A stretch of 64,000 nt of DNA from an uncultured Bacteroidota bacterium (lineage in GTDB: Bacteria; Bacteroidota; Bacteroidia; Bacteroidales; GCA-2748055). The notes beneath the pieces were generated by a model that saw only the letters and a list, made by a program, of their open reading frames with translations, made no database searches and had not been told where the DNA came from. Location of the stretch: assembly GCA_963713725.1 (NCBI GenBank), contig CAVQMZ010000029.1, positions 100,369 through 164,368 on the forward strand. The letters are read 5' to 3'. How positions within the stretch are numbered: the first letter of the stretch is position 1; the number at the start of each line of letters is the position of its first letter. The position numbers were made by a program, and so were the translations under genes. This document shows, in pieces, positions 1-10,856 of this stretch.

Positions 1-1172
1 CCTGTTATAGCTTGCTTCTGAATTACCGCCCATGAGTGATATACCGTTTCTGCCGGAGCCTCGACCGGGAATCATACCAATGTTTGTAATCGTATTTCTT
101 CTTATTACAACCCGGCCTTCTTCAGAGGTCCTGATACCGTAGCTAAGGCAATCGCTTATGCTGTTTTTTTCAATATGCGCAGTACTGGCAGTAACAGAAA
201 TTCCTTCCTGTCCGCACAAGGCAATCTCACAATCCTGAATTTCGATGTTCTGGCTGTTTGAAATTTTCATCCCTGTAAAAGCAGCCATTTCAATTCTTAA
301 GCCCTGGAGGACAATTCCCATGGCCTTGTCAATATGGATCACAAAAGGCTTCGCCGAGTAGCGGATAGATTTGGAATCGGGCGGAGTTTTCGAATATAGA
401 TAAAGGCAATGCTTTTTTGATCAAAAAACCATTCCCCGTCCACATCCAGTGTTTTAATGTGCTTCTGGAAAAAATAGCCGGCCTCATCCTGACGAATCCC
501 CCGGGGCCTTTCATTAAAAAGTTTATGGTCGGTCCCTCAATGGAAGTGATCCGATAGGCAGAATAGGTCCAGACATTCTGACGCAGAACAATCTCAGCAC
601 CTGCCAGGCCCTCCGCACCGGATAACTCCGGGTCCGTATACCGATGTCAATGTGCGGGAGCTGAAATCATAAAAAGCAGCGTTTGACATTAGATCCCCAT
701 TCGGGGTGCGCCCCAGCGGCAATGATTTATTCTCACGAAGCAGCAGGGTCACATCTCTTACACCGGAGGGCAGAACTTGTTTATATACATTGGTCTGTCC
801 GGCAACCGGGGTCCATTCCCCCTCCGTGAAGCAAGCCCCCGACAAAACTGGCCGTTCTCCTTCGCCATATGCTCCAAAACTGAGCTTATTCCCTGTGATT
901 TCGAGCATTCCCTCAAATTGATCTCCACAACGGAAAAGTACGGTTCCGCCTTCCAGCATTGCCATTTGCTGATTTACTTTGTCCAGGGTAAGCCATGGTC
1001 CCGAAACACCACCGGTGTATTCAGCCGATTTTCCATCCCAGGCATCATTACCCTTACCCGATACATAATATTCAGTTGCATTTGCATTGAGTCCTCCTGC
1101 AAAGAAGAATGAGGCAAATGCAAATACGGTAGGCAATAATTTCTTCAGGATCACTTCTAATCCGGTTTTCAT
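1..1172 (-). CDS. Secreted right-handed parallel beta-helix repeat protein, paralog of 3565..5645. The 3' part runs off the window and the frame is broken as read.
   Basis: ORF 594..1172 starts with a signal peptide (MKTGLEVILKKLLPTVFAFASFFFAGG). It then matches ORF 4476..5690 (YYVSG.GNDAWDGKS.E..GGVSGPWLTLD.VNQQM..., GAYGEGERP.LSGA, LPLGRTPNGD..SN.AFY.F). Homology continues in other frames down to nt 1; nt 1-60 align with nt 4480-4538. Confidence 0.6.
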
Positions 1173-1174
1173 TA

Positions 1175-3545
1175 TTATTGTTTTAGCTTGAATGTTTCAG
1201 GATCTACCATTCCCATTTTTGATGCATCAAGTGGCTCGATACCCAGCTCCAGTGCTGGACTGCCCTCCTTGAAACTGAAATCTCCGCCCTCGGGATCTAA
1301 ATTGGGGATCTCCGAAAAGACTTGCAAGCTCAAGGCCTCCGGCCCGCGTTCTTTCAAAATGCTCCACCATCCAGTCCGGGTTTGTGGGATGATAATAGAG
1401 ATTCGAATCCATTTTGGTTTTTGATTATATCGGGGGAGGTTGTAGTTCGATCCTTGCGGGGCCTTTCATTGTGAGCATTACCTCCATCCGGATGGGGTAT
1501 AATGATATTCTTATATACCTTCGAATTGGGAACGGGAACCCATTCATAGCTTATATAACCAGAAAAAGGCACTGTTTGCGGGGCAACAATGAAATTATTC
1601 ATGATGTGATTAGTGCCCTTGGAGGCGATGCCGGCTCGAGAAGCCCCAGTTTTTATATAGAATATTGCCATATATGTGGGTTTCATGCTGGCCGTCGTCA
1701 CAGCGGATGGCAGCGGGCAGGGAGTGTTGTAAATTGTCGTGCAGATAATTATATCGTATGATATTATCCCTGCCGGCTCCGGAAACGTATATACCGTTCC
1801 CGTCCGAAAGCAACTGGACTGAATGTGATATTTCATTGTACTCAAAAAGATTGTGCCGGGAGTGGGAGTAAGGATCCCCGCTTAACCATCTTTCATATAC
1901 GGCCTGCCTGTTATTATCATCTCTGTTGCGATCTTCTCTTTGACGGTCGGGCCCTGCAGGATTCTCCCTTGGACGGTTGTCTGGCTACGCCAACATTTCT
2001 CCTGCTGCGTTCTACAGGAGCTGAATTGTAGATCTCGCTGCGGAGAACGGGCGTCCCGTCAGCATTCATCCGGCGCCCCGGCCCTGGTGGATATAAGTAC
2101 TGCGGAGTAGCCGCTGTGGTGTATAAAATTGTGGGTAATGTGGTTATAGCCACTCTGCCATGCCCAGAAACCCGGGGAACTCCAGGAAATCTCGCTGAAA
2201 TGATGAATGTGGTTATTGATAATATCGTTGTGGTGATTGAAATCTTTGGTATCGGGAGCATAGCCGTCCAAAAGAATACCAGCCTCACCCAGGTGAGCGA
2301 ATTCACAGTTTACGATACGGTTGCGCTGGGCATGCAGATCAAGGCGTATACCCGTACCGCCTGAATTGATAAACCTGCAATCGAATACCTGGGACTGCTT
2401 GGCGCCACGGAAGAGAAGCATGGCCGTAGGGCGCTCGGCCATCCCCCAGCCATGTTGTAATCCCAGCCCCATGCGGCCTTCATCGTTTGTCAGGCCCATC
2501 GATAGGCATGGGTAAAAGTAAGTCCTGCAAATGCGATTCCAACAACCGGGATATCCTCCGGAGCGTCGAAATCGATCGTGCCTTCCACCCGGATAAGTTC
2601 AGTGGTGGCCTGGTGCCAGGATTCCCCGCGGTGATCCGTCGGCTGCCGGATCGGAGGGCCACAGGTATACTTTTCTGCTCTTCGTATTTACCACCCATTC
2701 GCCCGGTTCGTCCAGTGCTTCAAGGATGTTTTCCACCCATACCGATGAGCCCGAAGGATTATGAACCCAACCAGCCAGCCTGCTGAAGCTACCCCTTGCC
2801 GATACGGAAGTTGTTGCCACAGCATTCTCTTCGTCTACAGACTCAAGCGGAACCATGGCTATGGTATATGCCCTTCCGGTTCTGGCCTGAACTTCAACAT
2901 CTTCTATGTTATCCCAGTTTTTCATGTGTCCTGGGGGGAAATGCACTGTAGTCCTGTCACCTGGTTTAGTGGGAAGGAATCCCTTGTCCCTGGCACGGTT
3001 CAAACGTCCCTTATTGTCATACAGGGTATAGAATCGACCCATACCTTCAGGCATATCGGCTACCCACACCTTACCCGAGGCATTCAGGGGCAATTCGGCT
3101 GGTGCCGGATCCAGGATTTCCCAGCGTGTGACCGGTAATCCCGGCACTTAGAACCGGGGCTTCACCGGGGTATGCAGCTATGGTCAGGTGGGCAGGAAGG
3201 ATATCTCCTGCACCCGCTTCTTCGGAAAACTCATTTTCAACTTCAGCTAAATGAACCATCATCTAAACCGAGGACCAGGGTCTCATTCAATTGATGACGC
3301 CCTTCCCTCAGGTAGATTACAGCCGGATGAGAATTGCCTGATTCGCGGAGGTTTCTTAACTGGTTTACTGCTCGCGGAAGCGAAGCATATGGCTTGGTGA
3401 TACTGCCATCGGCCATATCGTCACCTTCGACGGCAACATAAATCTTTATCGGTTTCTGATGAACGCAGCCTGAAAATAGAACCATGAAAATAAGGAGCAA
3501 AAGGGCAATGCTTTTGGCTGCAACTAATGCAGAGTTGTTTTTCAT
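1175..3545 (-). CDS. Parallel beta-helix repeat lipoprotein (~790 aa if repaired), candidate glycanase or lyase. Split into at least 6 ORF fragments as read.
   Basis: N-terminus in ORF 3243..3545 has a lipoprotein-type signal (LFSGC) followed by KIYVAVEGDDMADGSITKPYASLPRAV. Colinear fragments are 2599..3147, 2059..2499 (NHIHHFSE..., HNFIHHSGYSA beta-helix-type repeats), 1610..1813 (DGNGIYVSGAGRDNIIRYNYLHDN) and 1227..1412. C-terminus in 1175..1357 reads DPEGGDFSFKEGSPALELGIEPLD. Confidence 0.6.
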
Positions 3546-3564
3546 AATTGTTACTTATTTCATG

Positions 3565-5645
3565 TTATTTCTTAAAAAGTACGACCGATCGCCAGGGGGC
3601 TATGCTTACAGAACCTGACACTGCATTTCCATGGGGATCCACAAATGCCCCTGCAGGGAGAGTGAAAGTAAGCGGCTTGTCCGAATCATTGTAAATGAGC
3701 CGGATAAAATCATCCGGTGCTGTCGATTCATCTGCCATGACCGGTGCATCGAGGTTGCCACTTGCATAAGGTCGTGCCTCATCCCATTCAGCTGCTGAAG
3801 CATACCATTGTTCAAAGGCCGGCCGGCCTGGATTACAGTTCCTTTGGAGCTCATAAATGACCTTTGATCCCTTGTAGGGCATGGCGCATACATTATTTTT
3901 AAACAGCCCCTGGTTTTCCACATCGCATTGCTCGGTCTCTTTCAGTGAGAAGCAGGTCATCGCCCCATAGTTGGCTATGGAGTTTTCAGCATCGGTGCAG
4001 ATAATGATGTTCTCTTCAAAACGATTCCCGGACATGGATGGGGGAGAGGGCTCACCGGGCGGACGGTCATAGGGATCGCGATCCAGGGTTGTGATTCCTG
4101 CGCCTCTGACCAGCAGGGTGTTACCCAGGAACAGGTTGTCCAGGGAATTAAAATTGATATGGATCCCCCGGTCGGGACCCCTGTTGACCTGGGGAAAGGA
4201 GATGGTGTTGTTGCGGATAACGAGATTCAGGGTTCCCCTGTCACACTGTATGCCCGTTGTGAAGGGTACTTCCATATCTGCAATGGTATCACCCAGTCCA
4301 ACCGTGTTGGGCACTCCGTTCAGAATGATATTTTCCTCTACCACACTACCCAGCTGATCATCGTGGGTATAGATGGCTCCCCCGTCAAAAGCCACCAGGT
4401 TGTAATTGTCAATGACGTTTCTGCTGATCTTGTTTCCTCCACCCAGATGCTGGATACCCAGGTACCCAATATTGCTCAGCCTGTTATAGCTTGCTTCCGA
4501 GTTCCCCCCATCAGGTATATCCCGTTCCTGCCAGAGCCACGACCGGCAATCAGCCCGATGTTCGAAATATTATTTCTTGTGACTACCACCCGGCCTTCTC
4601 CGCCTGTGCGTAGGCCGGCACTGAAGCAATCGCTGATGGTGTTATTTTCAATACATGCAGAACTGGCCTCCACACGAATGCCCATCTCTCCACACCATGC
4701 GATCTCACAATCGCGCACAGCAATAAGTTGACTGCTTTCAATCATTATCCCGGTCGAAACAGCCGATGCAATCCGTAATCCATCCAGGGTGACAGTACTG
4801 GAGTTCTCGATGTTCACTACAGCCGGACTGGCTGAATAAGCGTAGTCTGAGGCATTCGGTTTTTCTTCGGAGAAGAGAAAGAGTATGTGCTTTTCATTAT
4901 CGAAAAACCATTCTCCGTCCATATCCAGTGTATTTATATGTTTCTGAAAGAAATACCCGGCCTCCTGAAGATTTTCGTCTCCTTTTTTCGGCGTAGGTCG
5001 TTGATTATTGCGAATGTTTACAACAGTCCCTTCAACTGAGGTGACCGGATAGGGGTCATACCTCCACACATTCTTGCGCAGGATGACCTCCGCACCAGCC
5101 AGCCCTTCCGCACCGCTCAGTTCCGGGTCGAATAGCTGAGTAAAGGTCCGGTGGCTGAAAGTGTAAAAAGCATCGTTGCTCAGGATATCCCCGTTGGGAG
5201 TGCGGCCAAGTGGGAGGGAGGTGCTACCGCGCATCAGCAGGGTCACATCCTGCACATCCTCAGGCAGAGAATGTTGATATACATTTTTCCGCCCAGCTGC
5301 GGGAGACCAGTCCCCCGTCAGGGTCCTGGCCCCTGACAGAATGGGTCGCTCACCCTCTCCGTACGCGCCGATCCTGATGTTCGATCCTTTTATCTCAAGC
5401 ATTCCTTCGAAGACATCGCCCCGGCGGAAGTGTATGTACGCCCCTTCAGGAAGGGTCATTTGCTGGTTTACCCTGTCCAGCGTAAGCCAGGGTCCCGATA
5501 CACCACCAATGAATTCAGGCGATTTTCCATCCCAGGCATCATTGCCGGCACCGGATACATAATAGTCTACTGCAGCTGAATCTTGCCATCCCGCAAAGAG
5601 AAGAGCAAGCACGAATGCCAATGGCATTATTTTTTTCTGGATCAT
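3565..5645 (-). CDS. Secreted parallel beta-helix repeat protein (~690 aa), with one frame break at a C6 run.
   Basis: ORFs 4476..5690 and 3565..4395 are colinear. A signal peptide starts at the internal Met (MIQKKIMPLAFVLALLFAG). Repeated N.I..C / NN.I.. strings are present (IENNTISDCFSAGLR, VTRNNISNIGL, VIRNNTISF, LFLGNTLLV). The frame switch maps to the C-run 4504..4509 (see findings). Confidence 0.7.
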
Positions 5646-5743
5646 AATGGAGTGTTCGTTGGTTAGTATCGTGCCAATAAAAGTATTCAATCATCAGCCA
5701 AGGCAATTGCTCCAATCCTCCAAATCCTTGTCGAAATCTGCTC

Positions 5744-7036
5744 TTAGCGAATAAGTTCTTTAACTTCCCGCATGACCTGCAATGCTTTTTCGCCAACTGT
5801 TCCATCCTGGTAAATGGACATATTAATGGTGACTGCTCCTCCATTTTCCATACAGGCTTTTATGTATGAACTCAATTCTTCCGAGGTAAATTTTGGATCT
5901 TTTATTTCTCCTGCATCTTCCTACTCCCCACGAAAACTTCTCCATGGTTAGCAGAACATGATATGGCAGGTTTGGAGATATACCGTTTTTCATATATCCA
6001 TTTACCGGAGGAGCTATTGGATGTTGCACTTCGCCGGCCCAGTAATCCTGCCATGGTGAAGCTTCTTGCCAGTAAAAAGCGTTAAGGCAAATGATTCTAT
6101 CCTTGTTTCCAACCTTTGCCGCATTGAAAAAACTCTTCAAAAGGTATCTTGAGGATCATCGTATCGAACCAATAACCCGCAATCTTATCTTTGTAACGTA
6201 TGCCCAATTCCGGCAGAATATCCTTAAAGTTGGCAACGAAGGCTTGCACTATTTCAGGTGTTATTTCCACTCTCTTGGGATAATTAAATGCCAGCGGACC
6301 ATTGATATAGCAGATTAAACGAATGTCTCTTCTCATTGAGTGCATTGGCTAATTCTTCAATTAAATCGCGTCTGGTAGTCTGGCCGGGATGAATACGCTC
6401 CCAGCTGTCAATTGGAGCCGGACAATAGGATTCGGCATGACCAATGGGAAAAATCACATAACCTGCTCCGGTTTCTTCAATCATGTTGGCAAATTTTTCC
6501 ACATCGAAATCATTAATCGCCTCTTCATATGATTTGCGGGAACCATCGCGTTGTGGAGTTCCTGAAGTCCAGTGGAACATCAAGCCGTACCCGGTTTCTA
6601 TCAGCCAGTCGACACTTGCCCTCGCATTTTTTGCCCGAGCCTCTTCTGCTGCTATCATTTCCTTTTTTGAAACAGGCAGCAATTCAATCCCGCGAATATG
6701 GAATAACACCTCTTCTCTTTCAATACCGGATGTGGAGACGGTAATTATCTGTTTACCGGCTTCTAATGGAATTGAACCTGATAATTGTTTTCCTTTCAAA
6801 ATTCAGAGCTTCCTTGATTTTGAAATTCTCACCACCCGGGAATGGACCTGAAGTTGTAAATATGGTAAAATCTGCTTGCCTACCTCCTGCTTCTATAGTG
6901 ATTTTTGTTCCATCACCTGCTTCGCTTACATTTGCAGTAAGATAAACTTCGTACTCATCTTTTTCAGGGACTTCCACTTCCCATCTTAGCGAAGCATTGC
7001 CTGTCCATTTGGTATATTTCCGCCTCTAATCGGCAT
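5744..7036 (-). CDS. Divergent GH29-like (alpha-L-fucosidase superfamily) protein with an N-terminal beta-sandwich-like region. Multiply frame-broken, and the start is uncertain.
   Basis: Colinear fragments are 6753..6977, 6284..6799 (YGLMFHWTSGTP..., DVEKFANMIEETGAGYVIFPIGHAESY), 6097..6345 (KIAGYWFDTM) and 5823..6140. The C-terminus ACMENGGAVTINMSIYQDGTVGEKALQVMREVKELIR ends at stop 5744..5746. The GH29 motifs HWG, KHHDGF and WFD are only partly kept. No clean start or signal peptide was found. Confidence 0.4.
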
Positions 7037-7086
7037 GTCGGCTTCACTCAGAGTTTTGGACACTTCAGTAATTTTTAACCAGACAC

Positions 7087-8097
7087 TCAGTGGTGATCTG
7101 TAATTGATCTGGGTTTCAGGTGGGGATATGCATCAAACTCTTCCGGATGCAGGGGTTCCACACCCTCGGGGCGAACCACCAGGTTCATTCCGGTCAGGAT
7201 ACCATTCCTGACTAAAAAGGCATCCACCAACTCCAAGGACCAATAAAAGAAGCGATTCTGTTCTTTGGTTCCGATGCAGAATCCATGCTTGCCGCCTTTA
7301 CCCACGTAGAACTCTGAAACATTCCCCGCCTTTATAAGGTCATCGTGAAAAGCCTTTAAACTCTCAACCGTAATGGCCGGATCTTCGCTGCCCAGAAAGC
7401 TAATCATGGGCGGCAATCCTTCGACGATAAAGTTCGGAGGCGAGAGTTCGTCCTTGCATTTGAAATATGGATTGTACAGCACAACAGCGTTGGGTTTACA
7501 GGAGATGGCCAGGTCATCGCCCTGGTCGTTGACATTGTCGATCATAGCCACTGCAGCGGCCATCTGTCCGCCTGCCGATCCCCCGGCAACAACAACTTTA
7601 TCGACATCAACCTTTAACTCTTTAGCATTCTTTCGAAGGAAGCGTACAGCCGACTTGGCGTCCTTAACACATTCCAGGGGAACCTCAACCTGGTCGCGAT
7701 CCTTGAGTCGGTAATCGACCGATACCGCGATCATGCCGCGCTTGCTCCAGTAGGCACAGTCCGGATGATGCCAGCTGACCTTACCACCCTTCCAGCTACC
7801 ACCATGAAAAAATAAAATAGCAGGAAAGCTATGATCCTCGCATGCATAGCCTTCGGGCAGAAAGACATCCATCTTCAGTTCTTTGCCGTCGATGGTTTTA
7901 TAGGTCCACTGCGTGTCGGGTGTCTCTGCTGCATGTGCCGCCACGCTGCGAAGAAGCAGAGTGTCAGCAACAATGATGTCAATAAGCTTTTCATAATTTA
8001 TCTTCTTTAAGGGCTTTGCGAATGGCCGCTTCTCACTTCCGGATATCGGTATGTCTCGTTCTCCGGTTGGTATACCAGTGATACTTACCTGAGGCAT
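7087..8097 (-). CDS. Alpha/beta-hydrolase esterase (HGG / GxSxG, hormone-sensitive-lipase-like fold), candidate glycan deacetylase.
   Basis: Intact 336-aa ORF with LFFHGGSWKGG (oxyanion HGG) and VVAGGSAGGQMAA (GxSxG nucleophile elbow). Its 5' end overlaps the upstream GH29 ORF by 65 nt, so the true start is uncertain. Confidence 0.75.
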   Translation of the reverse strand: MPQVSITGIPTGERDIPISGSEKRPFAKPLKKINYEKLIDIIVADTLLLRSVAAHAAETPDTQWTYKTIDGKELKMDVFLPEGYACEDHSFPAILFFHGGSWKGGKVSWHHPDCAYWSKRGMIAVSVDYRLKDRDQVEVPLECVKDAKSAVRFLRKNAKELKVDVDKVVVAGGSAGGQMAAAVAMIDNVNDQGDDLAISCKPNAVVLYNPYFKCKDELSPPNFIVEGLPPMISFLGSEDPAITVESLKAFHDDLIKAGNVSEFYVGKGGKHGFCIGTKEQNRFFYWSLELVDAFLVRNGILTGMNLVVRPEGVEPLHPEEFDAYPHLKPRSITDHH

Positions 8098-9432
8098 CCG
8101 GATCGGTGACTAAAGCTGCATCGTACTCCACAGCAATCACGGTATTTCTTAAATCTGGTGCATTCGCAGGTACTTCAATCCTGGTGACATGATCCTTAAC
8201 TTCATAAGTCACCGTTAAAGCCTTGTGTTTCGGGTCTGCCAGAAAGTAAGCCCTGGATGGCTTGCCAACGATGCCATTGAAGGAAATGCCTTCCGGCTTC
8301 CACTCCAAAACGTGCAGATAGAGAGTCTTGTCCTTATGGGTCATCGCCCCCCACCAAAAGTCATAATCAAGAGGAGAGTAATGGCTTCCGTAGATCGACT
8401 CGCCATTCACCTTCATCCATTCCCCGACCTCTTCGAGGCGTTCGGTTTCCTCAGGCAGCAGGGTGCCCTCCGGCGTCGGGCCGACATTGAGCAGGAGATT
8501 TACGCCCCTCGCACTGCACAGGGCCAGGAACTCAATAATGTCCTTCGGGCTTTTCCAGGCATCGTCATTGCGGTCGTAGCCCCAGTTGTGGCGCATGGTC
8601 ATACAGGTCTCGGAATCTTCCGTCATTCGCTCCCCGGGAAGCATCCGGTCGGGAAGCGATTCAAAGTCGGCATAGGTTCGCTGCTCCAGCCGGCACCCTG
8701 CGGTTGTAAAGGCGGCTGCAGATCACGGTATTTGGTTGCAGCTCACGTACACGGGCACCCTGGGCGTCGGCTTCGATCACGTTGTTTCCACCGGTATCAA
8801 ACCAGAGAACAGCCATCTCACCATAGTTTGACAGCAGTTCATCGAGGTTAAGCTCGACCAGATCGAGGTACTCCTCTTCCGACAGGGTTCCGGGATTCTC
8901 CTTTCCCCGTGACGCGGTGGTACCAGTCCTTGGACTGGGAGTAGTAGACACCAAATTTAATTCCCTGCTTGGCACATTCCTTGGAGAGCTCTTTGATAAT
9001 ATCCCGCTTAAAGGGAGTGGCGTCCATTACATTGTAGTCGGTCGCATCCGTATCGAAAAGACAGAAGCCTTCATGGTGCTTGGAGGTAATGACCATGTAT
9101 TTCATGCCCGCCTTCCTGGCAGTCGACACCCACTTCGCGGCATCAAATTTCGTGGGATTAAATTGAGGAGCCAGCGTATTCCTGTACTCTTCTTTCGGAA
9201 TCTTGGCACTGTTCATCAGCCATTCCGCACTGGCTCCACCCTGTTCCTTGCCGTAGTCTATGCCCTTCCATTCCCCTCCCTGGACGGAATAGAGCCCCCA
9301 GTGGATAAACATGCCGAATCGGGCATCCCGCCACCATTCCATGTGGGAATCGTTCTTTGCTGCAGAAAATGCCAGAAGGGGCATGAGTGCCAGAAGTACA
9401 AGTAAGGTGCTAATTGATTTATTTTTTGTCAT
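8033..9432 (-). CDS. GH29 alpha-L-fucosidase, secreted. Two frame breaks as read.
   Basis: Fragments are 8848..9432 (signal peptide, FGMFIHWGLYSV, YMVITSKHHEGFCLFDT, KRDIIKEL), 8661..8975 (MAVLWFDTGG) and 8033..8644 (LLLNVGPTPEGTL, GEWMKVNGESIYG, C-terminal beta-sandwich). Confidence 0.8.
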
Positions 9433-9463
9433 CGAATCTCCTTTTATCTGTTTCCTTAGTAAC

Positions 9464-10852
9464 TCAGCTCCCGCCTCTTTTGGGTTTCTGTGTTTCGTTC
9501 TCCCACCATTCGCTGGGGCCTTCGGCTTTGATGTCCGCCCAGAGCTCGAGGAGGATGTTTTTCATTTCCTCGGTCTTTTCCGGCATTTGGCGGCAAGGTC
9601 ATTTTTTTCCTGCCAGTCCTTCTGGACTTCAAATAGCTGGAATTTTGTCAGCGTCTCGTCACCGACGATTTTCCAGTCACCGATACGCATGGCGACCCGG
9701 TCATCCGGCGAAGAAACATGTGTTCGCCAGAACATTGGGATCTTGCGCTCGACCTGCTTTCCTGACAAAGCGGGAATCATGCTGACGCCGTCGATCGTAC
9801 GGTCTGCAGGCAGAGGGATCCCCGTGATGTCGAGCACCGTCGCAAACACATCCGTGCCGATCACAGGCACATCGCTGGTGCTGCCCGGCTCAATATGCCC
9901 CGGCCAGCGGGCCAGGCCAGGCACACGAACGCCGCCCTCGTAATCATTGCGTTTGTTTCCGCGCAAACCGCCGCTTGTTCCACCATAAGCCGGAACAGGG
10001 CCATTATCGGACGTGAAAAACAACAATGTATTCTCGCTTAAACCCAGCTCATCCAGGGCATCCATCACCATACCCAGCGCATGGTCGAGCTGGGTAATAT
10101 TGCCCATGTATTTGCTGTTTTCGTGCCCTTTGTAGAGAGACTGGAAACGTGAATCGGTGGCGATCGGTAATGGGGTTCATGAAACCAGACCGAGTCAGGG
10201 CAAAGGGCTTCTTTGGATCGTGAAGGTCTTTTAACCAATGAATGGCTTCTCCTGCCACAAGCTGGGCGGAATAGCCCTCCAGCTCGCCCACGGGCTCGCC
10301 GTTACGCACAAAATTGTCTGGATTTTTATGGCTCGGGCTGGCGTTATTGTGAGTTGCCATCCAGTAGTCGTAACCATGATCGCCTGGTTGAGGATATCCA
10401 GGCTGATTGAATTGCTGCAATGAGAGCAAATGCCACTTGCCCACGTGACAGGTTTCATAACCGACCTCTTTTAGTAGTTCGGGATAGGTGATTTCGCTGG
10501 CCCGAAGATGCGACGGTCCATTCCCGGACAGGTGCCTCCACACGCCATTGCGATAGGGTGTCCTTCCCGTCAAGATCGCCGAACGTGAGGGCGAGCAAAC
10601 GCCGCAGGCGGAATAGCACTGGGTTAGTTTTACTCCCTGTGCCGCCAGCTTATCCATATTCGGCGTCTGGATCAGTTCATTGCCATAGGTCCCGGAATCG
10701 CCCCAGCCCATATCATCAGCTACCACAACGACAATATTCGGTTTCGAAGGACGATCTGGAGTAGATTTAGCCTGTTCAACCTCCACATATGCACCACTGC
10801 ACACGATCATTCCGATCGCCAAAATACTTATAATCTGTTTGTTCATAATCAT
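9464..10852 (-). CDS. Sulfatase (formylglycine-dependent, Cys-type). Two frame breaks as read.
   Basis: ORF 10049..10897 carries VVVADDMGWGDSG and CGVCSPSRSAILTGR. ORF 9562..10107 carries the C-terminal half (FTSDNGP, GGVRVPGLARWPGHI). The last ~30 aa (MPEKTEEMKNILLELWADIKAEG...) are in another frame after the T3 run 9586..9588, with the stop at 9464..9466. Confidence 0.8.
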
Positions 10853-10856
10853 TTGT

